DNA of 64,000 bases from Polyangiaceae bacterium (lineage in GTDB: Bacteria; Myxococcota_A; Polyangia; Polyangiales; Polyangiaceae): NCBI GenBank assembly GCA_044376115.1, contig JBILLK010000023.1, positions 96,001 to 160,000 of the forward strand, given 5' to 3'. Every line of letters begins with the position of its first letter. The stretch's first letter is position 1. Under the pieces are notes generated by a model. It saw nothing but the letters and a program-made list of their open reading frames with translations. It was not told the origin of the DNA and did not search any database. Both the position numbers and the translations under genes were made by a program. Shown one piece after another: positions 10,175-19,625 of the stretch.

Positions 10175-11178
10175 AAGCGTATCAATCGCTGCTAACGCGG
10201 CATGCAAAGAACCCAATCCTCACCGCTGCGGATTGGCCCTACCCCGTTCACAGCGTTTTCAACCCAGGAGCCACGCTGCTCAAAGACGGGACCACGCTGC
10301 TGCTCTGTCGCGTGGAGGATCGTCGCGGGCACTCGCACCTGTGCGCCGCACGCTCGCAGAACGGCTTCGATGGCTGGGTGATCGATGAGCAGCCAACCAT
10401 GCTACCCAGCCCTGATGAGTACCCCGACGAATTCTGGGGCATTGAAGATCCGCGGATAACCTACATGGAGGGTCTGCAGCGCTACGCGATCGCGTACACC
10501 GCGTTCTCGCGCGGTGGTCCCGGTGTGGCGTTAGCGCTGACCTCCGACTTCAAGACCTTCGAGCGGCTCGGGCTCGTGATGCAGCCCGATGACAAAGACG
10601 CAGCCCTCTTGCCGCGCAAAATCGACGGCAGCTATGCACTCTTGCATCGACCGCTAACCGACCTAGGCGCACACATTTGGCTCTCGTACTCCCCCGACTT
10701 GCGCAACTGGGGGAGCCACAAGCTCATTCTTCAGGCTCGCAAGGGCGCATGGTGGGACGCCAACAAGGTTGGGCTATCCCCGCCGTTGATCGAGACAAAG
10801 GAGGGCTGGCTGATGATGTACCACGGCGTGCGTCACACAGCGTCGGGATGCCTGTATCGCTTGGGGCTCGCGCTGTTCGAACTGGAGCACCCGGAGCACT
10901 GCCTGCTGCGCGGCGACTCGTGGATCTTTGGGCCGGAGACCGCCTATGAACGAGAGGGCGACGTCGGCAATGTCACCTTCCCATGCGGGACGACGCTGGC
11001 GCCCGACGGCGATACGCTCAACGTCTATTACGGCGCCGCCGACAGCTGCATCGCGCTCGCAACCGGCAGCATCCGCGCGATGTTGAAGTGGCTGCATGAA
11101 AACGGCTCGATACCCCTGGAACAACGCTCTCCAGAGCACAGCGTCAAGTCGATCCCCCCGAGCTTCCCGACGCCCTGA
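10171..11178 (+). CDS. GH130-like glycosidase / mannoside phosphorylase
   Basis: VFNPGA, GIEDPRIT, DDKDAAL, LLHRP, YHGV, GDVGNVTFPCG, YYGAAD; ATGA overlap. Confidence 0.9.
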   Translation: MKAYQSLLTRHAKNPILTAADWPYPVHSVFNPGATLLKDGTTLLLCRVEDRRGHSHLCAARSQNGFDGWVIDEQPTMLPSPDEYPDEFWGIEDPRITYMEGLQRYAIAYTAFSRGGPGVALALTSDFKTFERLGLVMQPDDKDAALLPRKIDGSYALLHRPLTDLGAHIWLSYSPDLRNWGSHKLILQARKGAWWDANKVGLSPPLIETKEGWLMMYHGVRHTASGCLYRLGLALFELEHPEHCLLRGDSWIFGPETAYEREGDVGNVTFPCGTTLAPDGDTLNVYYGAADSCIALATGSIRAMLKWLHENGSIPLEQRSPEHSVKSIPPSFPTP

Positions 11179-11201
11179 GCGCGGGCTGCTAGCGTGGCGG
11201 C

Positions 11202-11909
11202 GTGCAATCCGACCACTCCGAGGAGCAAGCTCGCATCTATCAGACCCAGGCCGAACTCTACGATGAGCTGATCGCAGCAGAGGACGCCGACGGCGCGCTG
11301 CAGCTCGAGCTCGCCCGCCACGACATTCTCGATGTCGGCGCCGGCACGGGTCGCATCTCGCGGCTGCTCGCCGACAAGGCGCGCAGCCTCACGCTCGTGG
11401 ATCGAGCGGGCCCGATGTTGGCGGTCGCCAGGCGACACCTACAACGCTTGGGCACGCCGTTTTCGGTGCATGAGGCCGACGCGCAGGACCTCCCTCTCGC
11501 CAGCGCTGGCTTTGATTTGGCGGTGGCCGGCTGGGTGTTCGGCCACTTCCGTCATTGGATGCCCGACGGCTGGCGAGCCGAAGTCTCGCGCGCAGTGGCC
11601 GAGATGCGTCGCGTGGTACGGCCCGGCGGTACGCTTTTGGTGATCGAGACGCTGGGTACTGGGCATGAGCAACCGCGTAAGCACGCTGGGCTCGACGAGT
11701 ACTTCGATGAGCTCGCGGCGCTCGGCTTTGACAAGCACTGGATTCGAACCGACTACGAGTTTGCTTCGGTCGCCGAGGCGGTCCGCATTTGTGGGGCCTT
11801 CTTCGGTCCCGAACTGATCGCGACGATCGAGCAACGACGCTGGGTTCGTGTGCCCGAGTGCACGGCTGTATTTGTGAGTCAGCAGCCGCCCGCAGCATTC
11901 GGACCTTGA
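11202..11909 (+). CDS. Class I SAM-dependent methyltransferase
   Basis: ILDVGAGTGR, DAQDLP, RRVVRPGG. Confidence 0.85.
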   Translation: MQSDHSEEQARIYQTQAELYDELIAAEDADGALQLELARHDILDVGAGTGRISRLLADKARSLTLVDRAGPMLAVARRHLQRLGTPFSVHEADAQDLPLASAGFDLAVAGWVFGHFRHWMPDGWRAEVSRAVAEMRRVVRPGGTLLVIETLGTGHEQPRKHAGLDEYFDELAALGFDKHWIRTDYEFASVAEAVRICGAFFGPELIATIEQRRWVRVPECTAVFVSQQPPAAFGP

Positions 11910-11940
11910 AAGCCGGCTGCGAGCGCCGAACAATGCGGCG

Positions 11941-12936
11941 ATGCAAATTTCTTCGGAGCTGACTGCACGACACACGGCACGGCGCGGAGTGCCGATGGGA
12001 CTCGCAGCGCTAGCGATGCTCGTGGCTTGCACGTCGTCGAGGACCAACTCGAGGCCGCCTCCCATCTGCCAATTTCCAGGACAAATGGGCTGTGTTCCAC
12101 CCAACTATGGGAACGCGCCAGCGCTGCCTCCCCAGGTCTGTCAGCAGAATCCGAATCAACCGGGCTGCCAGCCCAACTACGGCCAGCCCAATTACGGCGG
12201 TTACCCGCCGCCGGGCGGCGTGCAGCAACCTGGGCCGCAACCTTCCTACCCGCGGACCGGCGGACCGGGTTACCCCGGTCGCATGCCTTACCCTTACCCC
12301 GCGCCCGGGCCTTACCCTCAGCAGCAGCAAACCCCCGGTTCATTCCTGCTGCCCAGCGCAACGCCGGTGCCCGCTCCATCCGCATCTCCGGCGGCGCCGC
12401 CGCCTCCCACCGTGGTCACCACGCTTTCGCAAGAGAAGCAGAACTGCCTCGGTGAAAACGGCAGCGAAGAAGATTGCACGACGGCGCTCAAGCAGTTGGC
12501 CGATGGCAACGCCAGCGGCAGCGAGAACGACGCCGTCCTCGTTTACGAAAAGGCGTGCGCCAAGAAAGCGAAGTTGCTCGGCTGCGGAGCCTTCAAGTCG
12601 CAAGCGGTTACCACCGAGGATCGACCGACGATCGGGCTCTTGGGGCTGTGTGAGTTCGGCCGTTACGAGGCCTGCGAAGACGTCGCGACCAAAGCGCCGC
12701 CGCTGAAGGCTTGGCTTATCAACCTCAAGGAGAGCGGCTGCAAGAAAGGCGCAACTGCGCTGTGTAAGAACTTCAAAGCCTGCAAGGCGAAGACGGATTG
12801 GGGCTGCAAACCAGCTGGTTCGGGCTCCGAGGTGTGCGGCTGCGTTCCGCAGTGCAGCGGCACCTTGAGCGTAACCGCCGGTACGCGCAGCTGGCCCGAC
12901 GGTTCGAAGCGCGGCGTGTTCGCCTGCGAACCATGA
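11941..12936 (+). CDS. Hypothetical lipoprotein with a Pro/Gln-rich N-half and Cys-rich C-half
   Basis: Lipobox LVAC, QPNYG repeats, many Cys. Exact start uncertain. Confidence 0.7.
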   Translation: MQISSELTARHTARRGVPMGLAALAMLVACTSSRTNSRPPPICQFPGQMGCVPPNYGNAPALPPQVCQQNPNQPGCQPNYGQPNYGGYPPPGGVQQPGPQPSYPRTGGPGYPGRMPYPYPAPGPYPQQQQTPGSFLLPSATPVPAPSASPAAPPPPTVVTTLSQEKQNCLGENGSEEDCTTALKQLADGNASGSENDAVLVYEKACAKKAKLLGCGAFKSQAVTTEDRPTIGLLGLCEFGRYEACEDVATKAPPLKAWLINLKESGCKKGATALCKNFKACKAKTDWGCKPAGSGSEVCGCVPQCSGTLSVTAGTRSWPDGSKRGVFACEP

Positions 12937-13964
12937 AGGGCATCCAGCTTCGACGGCGTCGAGCACTCTCGCTCGCGGCGCTGGTGCTGCTTGGTTGTGG
13001 CAACGCGGAGTCGAGTCGACGTCCACCGCTGGGTAAGCCGAGCGACGCGCGCGTGACGCAGGTGCTGACAACCGCGTCGACGAGCGTGGCCACGATTTCA
13101 ACGACTGCGACAACGGCCTCGGCGCAGGTGCCCTCCACGCCGAGCAAACGCGGGATGCACGAACCGAGCGCTGAGTACCGTCAGCGTTACGCGTGGCTCG
13201 CGGCTGGCACCAACGTTCGAACGCTCGAAGACAGCTTTGATCCGCCGCCCGGCTATGCGCGCAAAGCGCTCCCGGCCGAAAGCTTCGGCGCGTTTCTTCG
13301 AGAGTTGCCGCTGCGCGCCGAGGGCACGCCGGTCAATACCTATGAACGCAAGCTGCTGCTGGAAGGCAGTGATCCGCGCATCGCAGCGGTGGCCGAGCTC
13401 GATTTAAGCTACGCCGACATTCAACAATGCGCCGACTCGGTGATTCGCCTGCACGCTGAGTGGCGATGGTCGCAGAACACCGCAGAGTCCGTGGGCTATC
13501 ACTTCCTCAGCGGGGACTACGCCAAGTGGAGCCGTTATCGTGAAGGCCAGCGCCCGAAGGTCGACGGCAACAAGGTGGCTTGGGTTGGCGGCCTCGCGTT
13601 GAAGAATGACCACGCTTCCTACCGCAAGTACCTCGACATGGTGTTCAACTATGCCAGCACCATTTCGCTCGCGGGCAAGTCGAGTCGAGCGGTCGAGCGC
13701 AGCGAGGTGCAAGCGGGGGACTTCTTCATTCTCCCCGGCGGCCCCGGTCACGTCATTCTGATCCTCGATCTGGCGGAGAACCCCGAAGGGAAACGGATGG
13801 CGCTGCTCGGTCAGGGGTACATGCCCGCGCAAGACTTCCAGGTGCTTCGTGGTGAACACGGCGGGTGGTTCGACCTGCAGGGTGACAGCGTCGATACGCC
13901 GTTTTGGCCGGTGCCCTTTCCTTGGTCCAGCCTGCATCGAATGAAGGAAGAAGCAGCCCCGTGA
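12933..13964 (+). CDS. DUF4846-like lipoprotein
   Basis: Lipobox LLGC; FLRELPL, QQCADSVIRLHAEW, PGHVILILD, QGYMPAQ; ATGA overlap. Confidence 0.8.
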   Translation: MKGIQLRRRRALSLAALVLLGCGNAESSRRPPLGKPSDARVTQVLTTASTSVATISTTATTASAQVPSTPSKRGMHEPSAEYRQRYAWLAAGTNVRTLEDSFDPPPGYARKALPAESFGAFLRELPLRAEGTPVNTYERKLLLEGSDPRIAAVAELDLSYADIQQCADSVIRLHAEWRWSQNTAESVGYHFLSGDYAKWSRYREGQRPKVDGNKVAWVGGLALKNDHASYRKYLDMVFNYASTISLAGKSSRAVERSEVQAGDFFILPGGPGHVILILDLAENPEGKRMALLGQGYMPAQDFQVLRGEHGGWFDLQGDSVDTPFWPVPFPWSSLHRMKEEAAP

Positions 13965-14488
13965 TGCTGCGCTTCGCGCTCGCAATCGCCCTCAGCGTGC
14001 CCCTGCTTGCGCCGCATGAGGCGCAAGCCGTGGAGCAGGAGTGGCATCTCGGCGGCGCCGCGAATTACGGCCTGCTGACCTTCGCGCGCGCACCTTCTCG
14101 CAACGGCTTCGGTGGCCAGCTGCTCGCGCGCTACGGCTTGAACGATGCGCTCGATCTCTCATTGAGCGCCGCAGCGATGAGCTTTCTCGAAGATGGGCGG
14201 TTGGTCTTTTCCGGTGCCGCCGGCGTGACCTACGTGGTGGACGTCCTGCGCTGGATCCCAACCGTCGGCGCGCATATCGGCGTGGTCGACATCCTGACCA
14301 CGCGCTGCGAAACCTTGCCCGAGCTCTGCTACCACGACATCCGGCCCACGGTGGGCGTACCCATCTCGCTCGAATATCGCGTGCTGCCGGAGCTGCCGGT
14401 GGGAGCGCGCTTCGAGCCGACCTTGCTCTTGTTCGGTGAACCCTCCTGGCTGCTCACCACGTCGCTGTACGGCGCGGTGGCCTTCTAA
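13961..14488 (+). CDS. Small outer-membrane beta-barrel protein
   Basis: Signal peptide, amphipathic strands (YVVDVLRWIP), terminal Phe; GTGA overlap. Confidence 0.7.
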   Translation: MMLRFALAIALSVPLLAPHEAQAVEQEWHLGGAANYGLLTFARAPSRNGFGGQLLARYGLNDALDLSLSAAAMSFLEDGRLVFSGAAGVTYVVDVLRWIPTVGAHIGVVDILTTRCETLPELCYHDIRPTVGVPISLEYRVLPELPVGARFEPTLLLFGEPSWLLTTSLYGAVAF

Positions 14489-14509
14489 AGCGAATCGATA
14501 CGGCCCAGC

Positions 14510-15256
14510 ATGAGAGTTGGTCTTTCCGCGAGCATGATGCCGGCCGATCCGGCGCGAACGATCTTCAACGGCCGCCCGCTGCTCTTCGTCGAGCGCTCAC
14601 TCACCGAATGGCTCTCGGTTCCGGGCGTGAACGTGTACGTGCTGACCGAGTCGAGCCACGGCTACGAAGCGACGGCCGACGATCTCGACGGCTTGGTGTT
14701 ATCGGGCGGGGTGGATATTGCGCCGGGAGCCTATGGTGAGGTCGCACGACGTCCAGCGTGGGAGGGAGATCCGCGACGCGATGCCTACGAACTCGCGCTC
14801 TTTCGCGCGATGCTCGCTCGCGACAAGCCGGTGCTCGGCATATGCCGCGGCCATCAGTTGATCAACGTCGCGCTGGGTGGTTCGTTGCATCAGGACGTGC
14901 TCGAGGAGAGGCCGGGCGCGCTCGTGCACCGCGACGCCGTGCAATACGATCGCAATCAGCACGACATCCTATTGCAGCCGGAGGGCGCACTTGCGCGGCT
15001 GTATCCGGGGGTTGCGCGCGCGCGCGTAAACACGGTGCACCATCAGGCGGTGAATCGCTTGGGCGAGGGCTTGGTGATCGACGCGCTCTCGGCAGAAGAC
15101 GGCGTAGTCGAGGCGATCAGCCTGCCTGGCCGGAGCTTCATTCGCGGAATCCAGTGGCACCCCGAGTTTCAGGATCCAGAGGCCAGTCATCGCTTGGACA
15201 ACGGGGTCCTTCGCGAGGCCTTCTTCAGCGCAGTTGGCGCTCGGCGCGCAGGCTGA
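14510..15256 (+). CDS. Gamma-glutamyl-gamma-aminobutyrate hydrolase family (peptidase C26, PuuD-like)
   Basis: LSGGVD, PVLGICRGHQ, NTVHHQAV, GIQWHPE. Confidence 0.9.
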   Translation: MRVGLSASMMPADPARTIFNGRPLLFVERSLTEWLSVPGVNVYVLTESSHGYEATADDLDGLVLSGGVDIAPGAYGEVARRPAWEGDPRRDAYELALFRAMLARDKPVLGICRGHQLINVALGGSLHQDVLEERPGALVHRDAVQYDRNQHDILLQPEGALARLYPGVARARVNTVHHQAVNRLGEGLVIDALSAEDGVVEAISLPGRSFIRGIQWHPEFQDPEASHRLDNGVLREAFFSAVGARRAG

Positions 15257-15319
15257 CCGCAGGGTCACGTCGTAGGTTTTGTGGCGAGCGACGTCGCATC
15301 ATGGCACCATGCCGCCCTG

Positions 15320-15742
15320 ATGCTCGACCTTCGTTCTTCGCGCAAAGCACAGTCACTTCTCGTCGTCGTGGGCCTGCTGACGAGCTCGCTCGTCGGCTGC
15401 AAGAAGGAGGAAGAGAGCGAGGCGCCCATCAAGCGCAAGTCGACCTCCGAGCAGACGTCCACCTCCACCGCGGCGGCCCCTGCGCCCGCGCCCGCCCCGC
15501 TGCCACCGACCCCAACACCTACGCCGACGCCGACCCCCGAGGCCACGACGACCACCACCACGACGGCCACCGGCACCACCACCACCACCGCCACGGGTAC
15601 CACGACAACGACGGCTCCGTCAGCGACCGGCTCAACCTCCGGCGCGAAGCCTGGTTTCCCGGTGATTCCCACCGCGATCCCGACCACGATTCCGCCGATC
15701 CCCACCGGGCTGCCCATCCCGAAGTTCCCTGGCAGCAAGTGA
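15320..15742 (+). CDS. Pro/Thr-rich low-complexity lipoprotein
   Basis: Lipobox LVGC, then PT/T runs and a PTxIP tail. Confidence 0.65.
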   Translation: MLDLRSSRKAQSLLVVVGLLTSSLVGCKKEEESEAPIKRKSTSEQTSTSTAAAPAPAPAPLPPTPTPTPTPTPEATTTTTTTATGTTTTTATGTTTTTAPSATGSTSGAKPGFPVIPTAIPTTIPPIPTGLPIPKFPGSK

Positions 15743-15854
15743 GTCTTGGGCGCAGGTTCGTTCCTGATCTCCTACTTGTTATGCCGAGCCTTCAGCACTT
15801 TTGATCGGCAAGCGGCCCGCTACGCATAAACTCAAGGGCAGAACGGAGGAGCGA

Positions 15855-16310
15855 GTGGCCAGAAGAGATGATCGAATCGACTCAGGCGTTGCGGTGTACG
15901 AAGACATCATTGCACTCGCCGAGTGTTCGGCGCTCGATCTCGAAGGCCACGCGCGAGATCCCGAGGCGCGCGATCTCTCCATCGCGCTACGACGCACCAT
16001 TCAGGCGTTGCGACTCGCCGTCGTTGCCGACGCGGAGCCAGCGATCTTGATGCGAATCCAGCTACGGCTCGAGACCATGACGCGCCAAGTCTCGACCTTC
16101 TTGGCCAACTGCGAAGCGAAGCCGGATTCCCAACGAGTCACCGCGCCCCCGCCCTCCGGGCTCGATCCGGCGACGCTGTTTCAGCATCAAACCCCCGCCT
16201 CCGAACGGCCCACCTTCAGGCCGGAACCGCCGGCGCAAGCCAAGTCTGGCGTCGTGTCGAAGGTCCAAGCGCCGGACTCGTCCGTTGGCAAATCGCGCAC
16301 GGGTGCGTAG
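15855..16310 (+). CDS. Hypothetical protein
   Basis: GGAGGA RBS before GTG 15855; fills the gap and overlaps the next start. Confidence 0.55.
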   Translation: MARRDDRIDSGVAVYEDIIALAECSALDLEGHARDPEARDLSIALRRTIQALRLAVVADAEPAILMRIQLRLETMTRQVSTFLANCEAKPDSQRVTAPPPSGLDPATLFQHQTPASERPTFRPEPPAQAKSGVVSKVQAPDSSVGKSRTGA

Positions 16311-17325
16311 CGGCCTGCTGCTCGCGCTGGCGCTCGGCTGTGACACCGCAGCCGAGTATCCGCCCGCACCCGCGATGGTTGCGTTTGCTGCGCCAGGCCC
16401 GGCGCGGCAGCGTCAGCACGCAGCCGTGGAGGCCAACCGTGCCTGCACCACGTGTCATGTGGACGAGGCCGCGGAGTGGCAGGGGTCGTTGCACCAACGC
16501 GCCAACATCGAGCCGGCGTACCTGCGTGCCTTCGCGATCGAGCCGATGCCGTTCTGTCGCAGTTGCCACGCGCCCGAGTCGCTCGTCGATCAAGCTCCGG
16601 ATCACGACGTGAGCGCACTCGGGGTTGGCTGCGTCACCTGTCACTTGACGAGCGGTGAGGTGTTGGCCACACCGGGAACCGGCAGCGCACCGCACGGCTT
16701 GATGCGAGACGCGGCGTTTGCGAGCAGCCGCGCTTGCGAGGGCTGCCATCAGTTTCGGTTCCCAGGGCGAATGAGCGCCGACCCCGCCGACTTCATGCAA
16801 ACCACGGTGATGGAACACGAGGCGAGCGGCTCCAGCCAAAGCTGCGCCGACTGCCACATGCCGCGCGAAGCCAACGGCAAACGCTCACATCGCTTCGTCT
16901 CCTCGCGCGATCCTGAGAAGCTCAAACAGGCGCTCTCGGTGAGCGCGGAGCGAATCCGCGGCGCGGTCAAACTCGCCCTGCGCCCCGTCAACGTCGGGCA
17001 CTCCTTCCCAACCGGGGATCTGTTCCGACGGCTCGAGGTGAGCGTGGAGGCGTACGGCGATGATCACGCTGTGGTCGCGAGCGAGCGCCGCTATTTGACG
17101 CGCCATTTCGACCTCACGTCGCGCGGGCGCATGTTGCTCAAAGACGACCGGCTGAAGCCCGATGGCGCTACGCTCGAGTTTGATTTGGGGCCGCAGGCAG
17201 CGGGCTTTCCCATCGCCTACCGCGTTGCATACCAGCGGGTCGCCCATCCCCAAGGCATCGATGAGGCCGCCGCGGTGCTCGAAGATGAGGTCGTGCTCGC
17301 GCAGGGAGATCTCCCGGCGCCCTGA
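16303..17325 (+). CDS. Multiheme c-type cytochrome lipoprotein (5 CxxCH)
   Basis: Lipobox ALGC; CTTCH, CRSCH, CVTCH, CEGCH, CADCH; GHSFPTGD. Confidence 0.9.
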   Translation: MRSGLLLALALGCDTAAEYPPAPAMVAFAAPGPARQRQHAAVEANRACTTCHVDEAAEWQGSLHQRANIEPAYLRAFAIEPMPFCRSCHAPESLVDQAPDHDVSALGVGCVTCHLTSGEVLATPGTGSAPHGLMRDAAFASSRACEGCHQFRFPGRMSADPADFMQTTVMEHEASGSSQSCADCHMPREANGKRSHRFVSSRDPEKLKQALSVSAERIRGAVKLALRPVNVGHSFPTGDLFRRLEVSVEAYGDDHAVVASERRYLTRHFDLTSRGRMLLKDDRLKPDGATLEFDLGPQAAGFPIAYRVAYQRVAHPQGIDEAAAVLEDEVVLAQGDLPAP

Positions 17326-17356
17326 CTCAGAAGCGCAGCGTTGTGGCCGACCGCAC

Positions 17357-18133
17357 TCAGCCGTAGTGTCGCTCATGCGCCGCGAGCTTGGGCTCGATCC
17401 GGCGTATCGCTTGCTCGACGCGCTGCGCGGGACCCACACCGCTGCCAGCCTGAAGGACATGCGTATGGGCGGCGCAAACGTTGTCAATGGTACGAAGACG
17501 CTCGACCAGGGCGCGCGCCCACTCACGGAAGTCGCTCGCTGCTCGAGCACGATGCTCCAAGACCTGGGATAGCGATGGATGGAATGCCAGGAGGTCCTGT
17601 TTGAACCAGCGGACCACGGGCGGCATCCGCACATAGTTGATGGTGTCATCCACATGCAGGGTGCGAGACACGCTGTGGAAGGCGAGCACAGAGGAAAAGT
17701 GAAGATTCTCGTTGGCTGGGATGAGCTCCACACCGCGTGGCACGGAGAAGTCGAGATCCTCGGCGAACAGATCATGCGCGTCGGGTTGGTCCGAGAGCTC
17801 GGGTTGCCATGGCAGCTCAGGCGCGAGCCTCTTGTGACGCGCGGTTCCGTAGAGCTTGGCGTGGGGATAAAGCGCGTGCACCTTCGGAACGAACAGCGTG
17901 TGGAACGGATGCAGGTGCAGGATCGCTTCGATCGCTTCGCCACCGTGGGTCAGCTCGGCAATGTGCGCTTGAGTTGCCTCCGTCAGCTCGCATGCGTCGA
18001 GAAGCAAGAAGCGGCCGCTCTTTCGCTGCACCAAAGAGGCGTGTGTGCCAATTGGAACTACACCGCCAAGCTTCAATGCGCCTCGAATGTTCCAGAAGCC
18101 TTTTCCAAGGTGGAGAATGTTGTCGGGAGCCAT
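17357..18133 (-). CDS. Metallo-beta-lactamase-fold hypothetical protein
   Basis: LLLDA, HLHPFH, TLHVDD, AAH pattern. Confidence 0.7.
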   Translation of the reverse strand: MAPDNILHLGKGFWNIRGALKLGGVVPIGTHASLVQRKSGRFLLLDACELTEATQAHIAELTHGGEAIEAILHLHPFHTLFVPKVHALYPHAKLYGTARHKRLAPELPWQPELSDQPDAHDLFAEDLDFSVPRGVELIPANENLHFSSVLAFHSVSRTLHVDDTINYVRMPPVVRWFKQDLLAFHPSLSQVLEHRARAASDFREWARALVERLRTIDNVCAAHTHVLQAGSGVGPAQRVEQAIRRIEPKLAAHERHYG

Positions 18134-18377
18134 CGAGTTGCGCGCATCCTACGGCACTCGCAAAGGGTCGGGTCGCTGCATTGCGGGGCAGTCTGCACAA
18201 TTTTCGCCGTGATTCACGTTCTCGGATTCTGGCGCAGGGCGATCTCCCTGCGCGCTGACGGAGCACCAAGCGAGCTACGCGGCTCTACCTAGGATCCGAT
18301 TGTCATCCCGGCTCGCGACTGCAGGACGCTGAATCGCGGCGCGTTGAGAGTGGCAGAGATCCTGCACTCCGCTCGAG

Positions 18378-19004
18378 GTGCTCACCTCTCTCAAGCCGTG
18401 GCTAGGCGTTGGTCTTCTCACCTGCGCGCTCGCTGCGCCCAATCACGGCTTCGCGCAAGAAGAAACACAGCCCGTTGCTTCCGCGCCGAGCGCTTCAACG
18501 GCGTCCTCCGTGGAACCCACCTTCATTCATCTCGAGGCCGATCCCAGCGTTAGTTTGCGTCGTCGAGGCGGCCGGTTCGGCACGCACATCTGCGGCGCGC
18601 CCTGTGATGTCACGGTCGACGTTTCTTATGCTCAGACTTTCTACTTGGAGGGGCTCTCGTTCGATCCGGGTGGCGTTCGCCTTTCGCCAGGTCGCCGCAA
18701 TGAGATCGCGGTGGCCGGCGATCAGGGCGTGCACGTACTCGGCTTCTCGCTGCTCACGGTTGGCGGCGCAGCGTTTGGTGCGGGCGGGCTCGTGTTCGCG
18801 TTTCACGGCTTTATCAGCGCGGTCTACGACGATGAACTCCCGACAGAAAACATCGCACTCTATTCGTCGCTGGTCGGCGGCGGCGCGCTCTTGCTTGCAG
18901 TTGGGATACCCCTCTTCGTTGCGGGCGACCCAACGCTCGTCGTCGAGGTGACAGAGGGCTCTCCCGTGTCGCTCCGGCCGGATGGGCTGGCGGTGCAGTT
19001 TTGA
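18378..19004 (+). CDS. Hypothetical exported/membrane protein with a CxAPC motif and C-terminal TM hairpin
   Basis: Signal peptide, ICGAPC, two Gly-rich hydrophobic helices. Confidence 0.7.
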   Translation: MLTSLKPWLGVGLLTCALAAPNHGFAQEETQPVASAPSASTASSVEPTFIHLEADPSVSLRRRGGRFGTHICGAPCDVTVDVSYAQTFYLEGLSFDPGGVRLSPGRRNEIAVAGDQGVHVLGFSLLTVGGAAFGAGGLVFAFHGFISAVYDDELPTENIALYSSLVGGGALLLAVGIPLFVAGDPTLVVEVTEGSPVSLRPDGLAVQF

Positions 19005-19600
19005 ACCCCGGGTGCGGCTCCGCGGAACCGCTCGCTGGGATCGCGTGTGCGGTGCTGCTCGCAGGCTGCTCCTTGCCGGTGATGCCGAAGCACGCGGCTC
19101 CACCGCACCCGCCCGACGCGCTCGTGCAGGAGGTGTTCGTCCGGATCGATTCAGACGCTCCAGGTGCGGCGCTGGTTCGCACGGGCGAACAGGACGGGGT
19201 CGAATGTGTGGCGCCATGCCTGCGCAACGTCGTGATTCGACAGAGCACGTTCTACGAGCTGCACGCACCGGGGCAACTGCCGACGAGCCCGTTCTCGGCG
19301 TACTCCGCCGAAGATAAGGCGCTCTGGCTCACGCACGAAGGCGTGGCACCGTCGCTCAAGTGGGGGTTCGGTGCGGCCACCGTGGTATCGGGCACGCTGG
19401 GGCTTGTACTTCTCGTCACCGGTGGCGCGATGAACACGCAGGCGGTAAGGCGCGATACTCCGGATTTGCCGCTCGGGCTGGGCGTATCCGGCCTGATCTT
19501 GGGCCTGCCGATCTGCGCGCTCTTCGGCGGGCTGACGGCCGCTTATTCGGACAGCCGCTACGACTTCAAGGACCCGGCCTTGCCGGGCTTCCGCTTCTGA
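19001..19600 (+). CDS. Hypothetical lipoprotein with a CxAPC motif and C-terminal TM hairpin
   Basis: Lipobox LAGC, ECVAPC, two hydrophobic helices; TTGA overlap. Confidence 0.65.
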   Translation: MNPGCGSAEPLAGIACAVLLAGCSLPVMPKHAAPPHPPDALVQEVFVRIDSDAPGAALVRTGEQDGVECVAPCLRNVVIRQSTFYELHAPGQLPTSPFSAYSAEDKALWLTHEGVAPSLKWGFGAATVVSGTLGLVLLVTGGAMNTQAVRRDTPDLPLGLGVSGLILGLPICALFGGLTAAYSDSRYDFKDPALPGFRF

Positions 19601-19625
19601 TCGAAGCGCCAACCCGGAGAGCCGC

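Noticed and set aside
15460..15720. ACC/ACG and CCG-rich repeats as a possible array or VNTR element
   Set aside because: Explained by Pro/Thr low-complexity coding; no constant repeat with unique spacers.
18134..18377. Divergent intergenic gap as a possible ncRNA or riboswitch
   Set aside because: Only short scattered complementarities; no family motif recognised by eye. An Rfam scan would be decisive.
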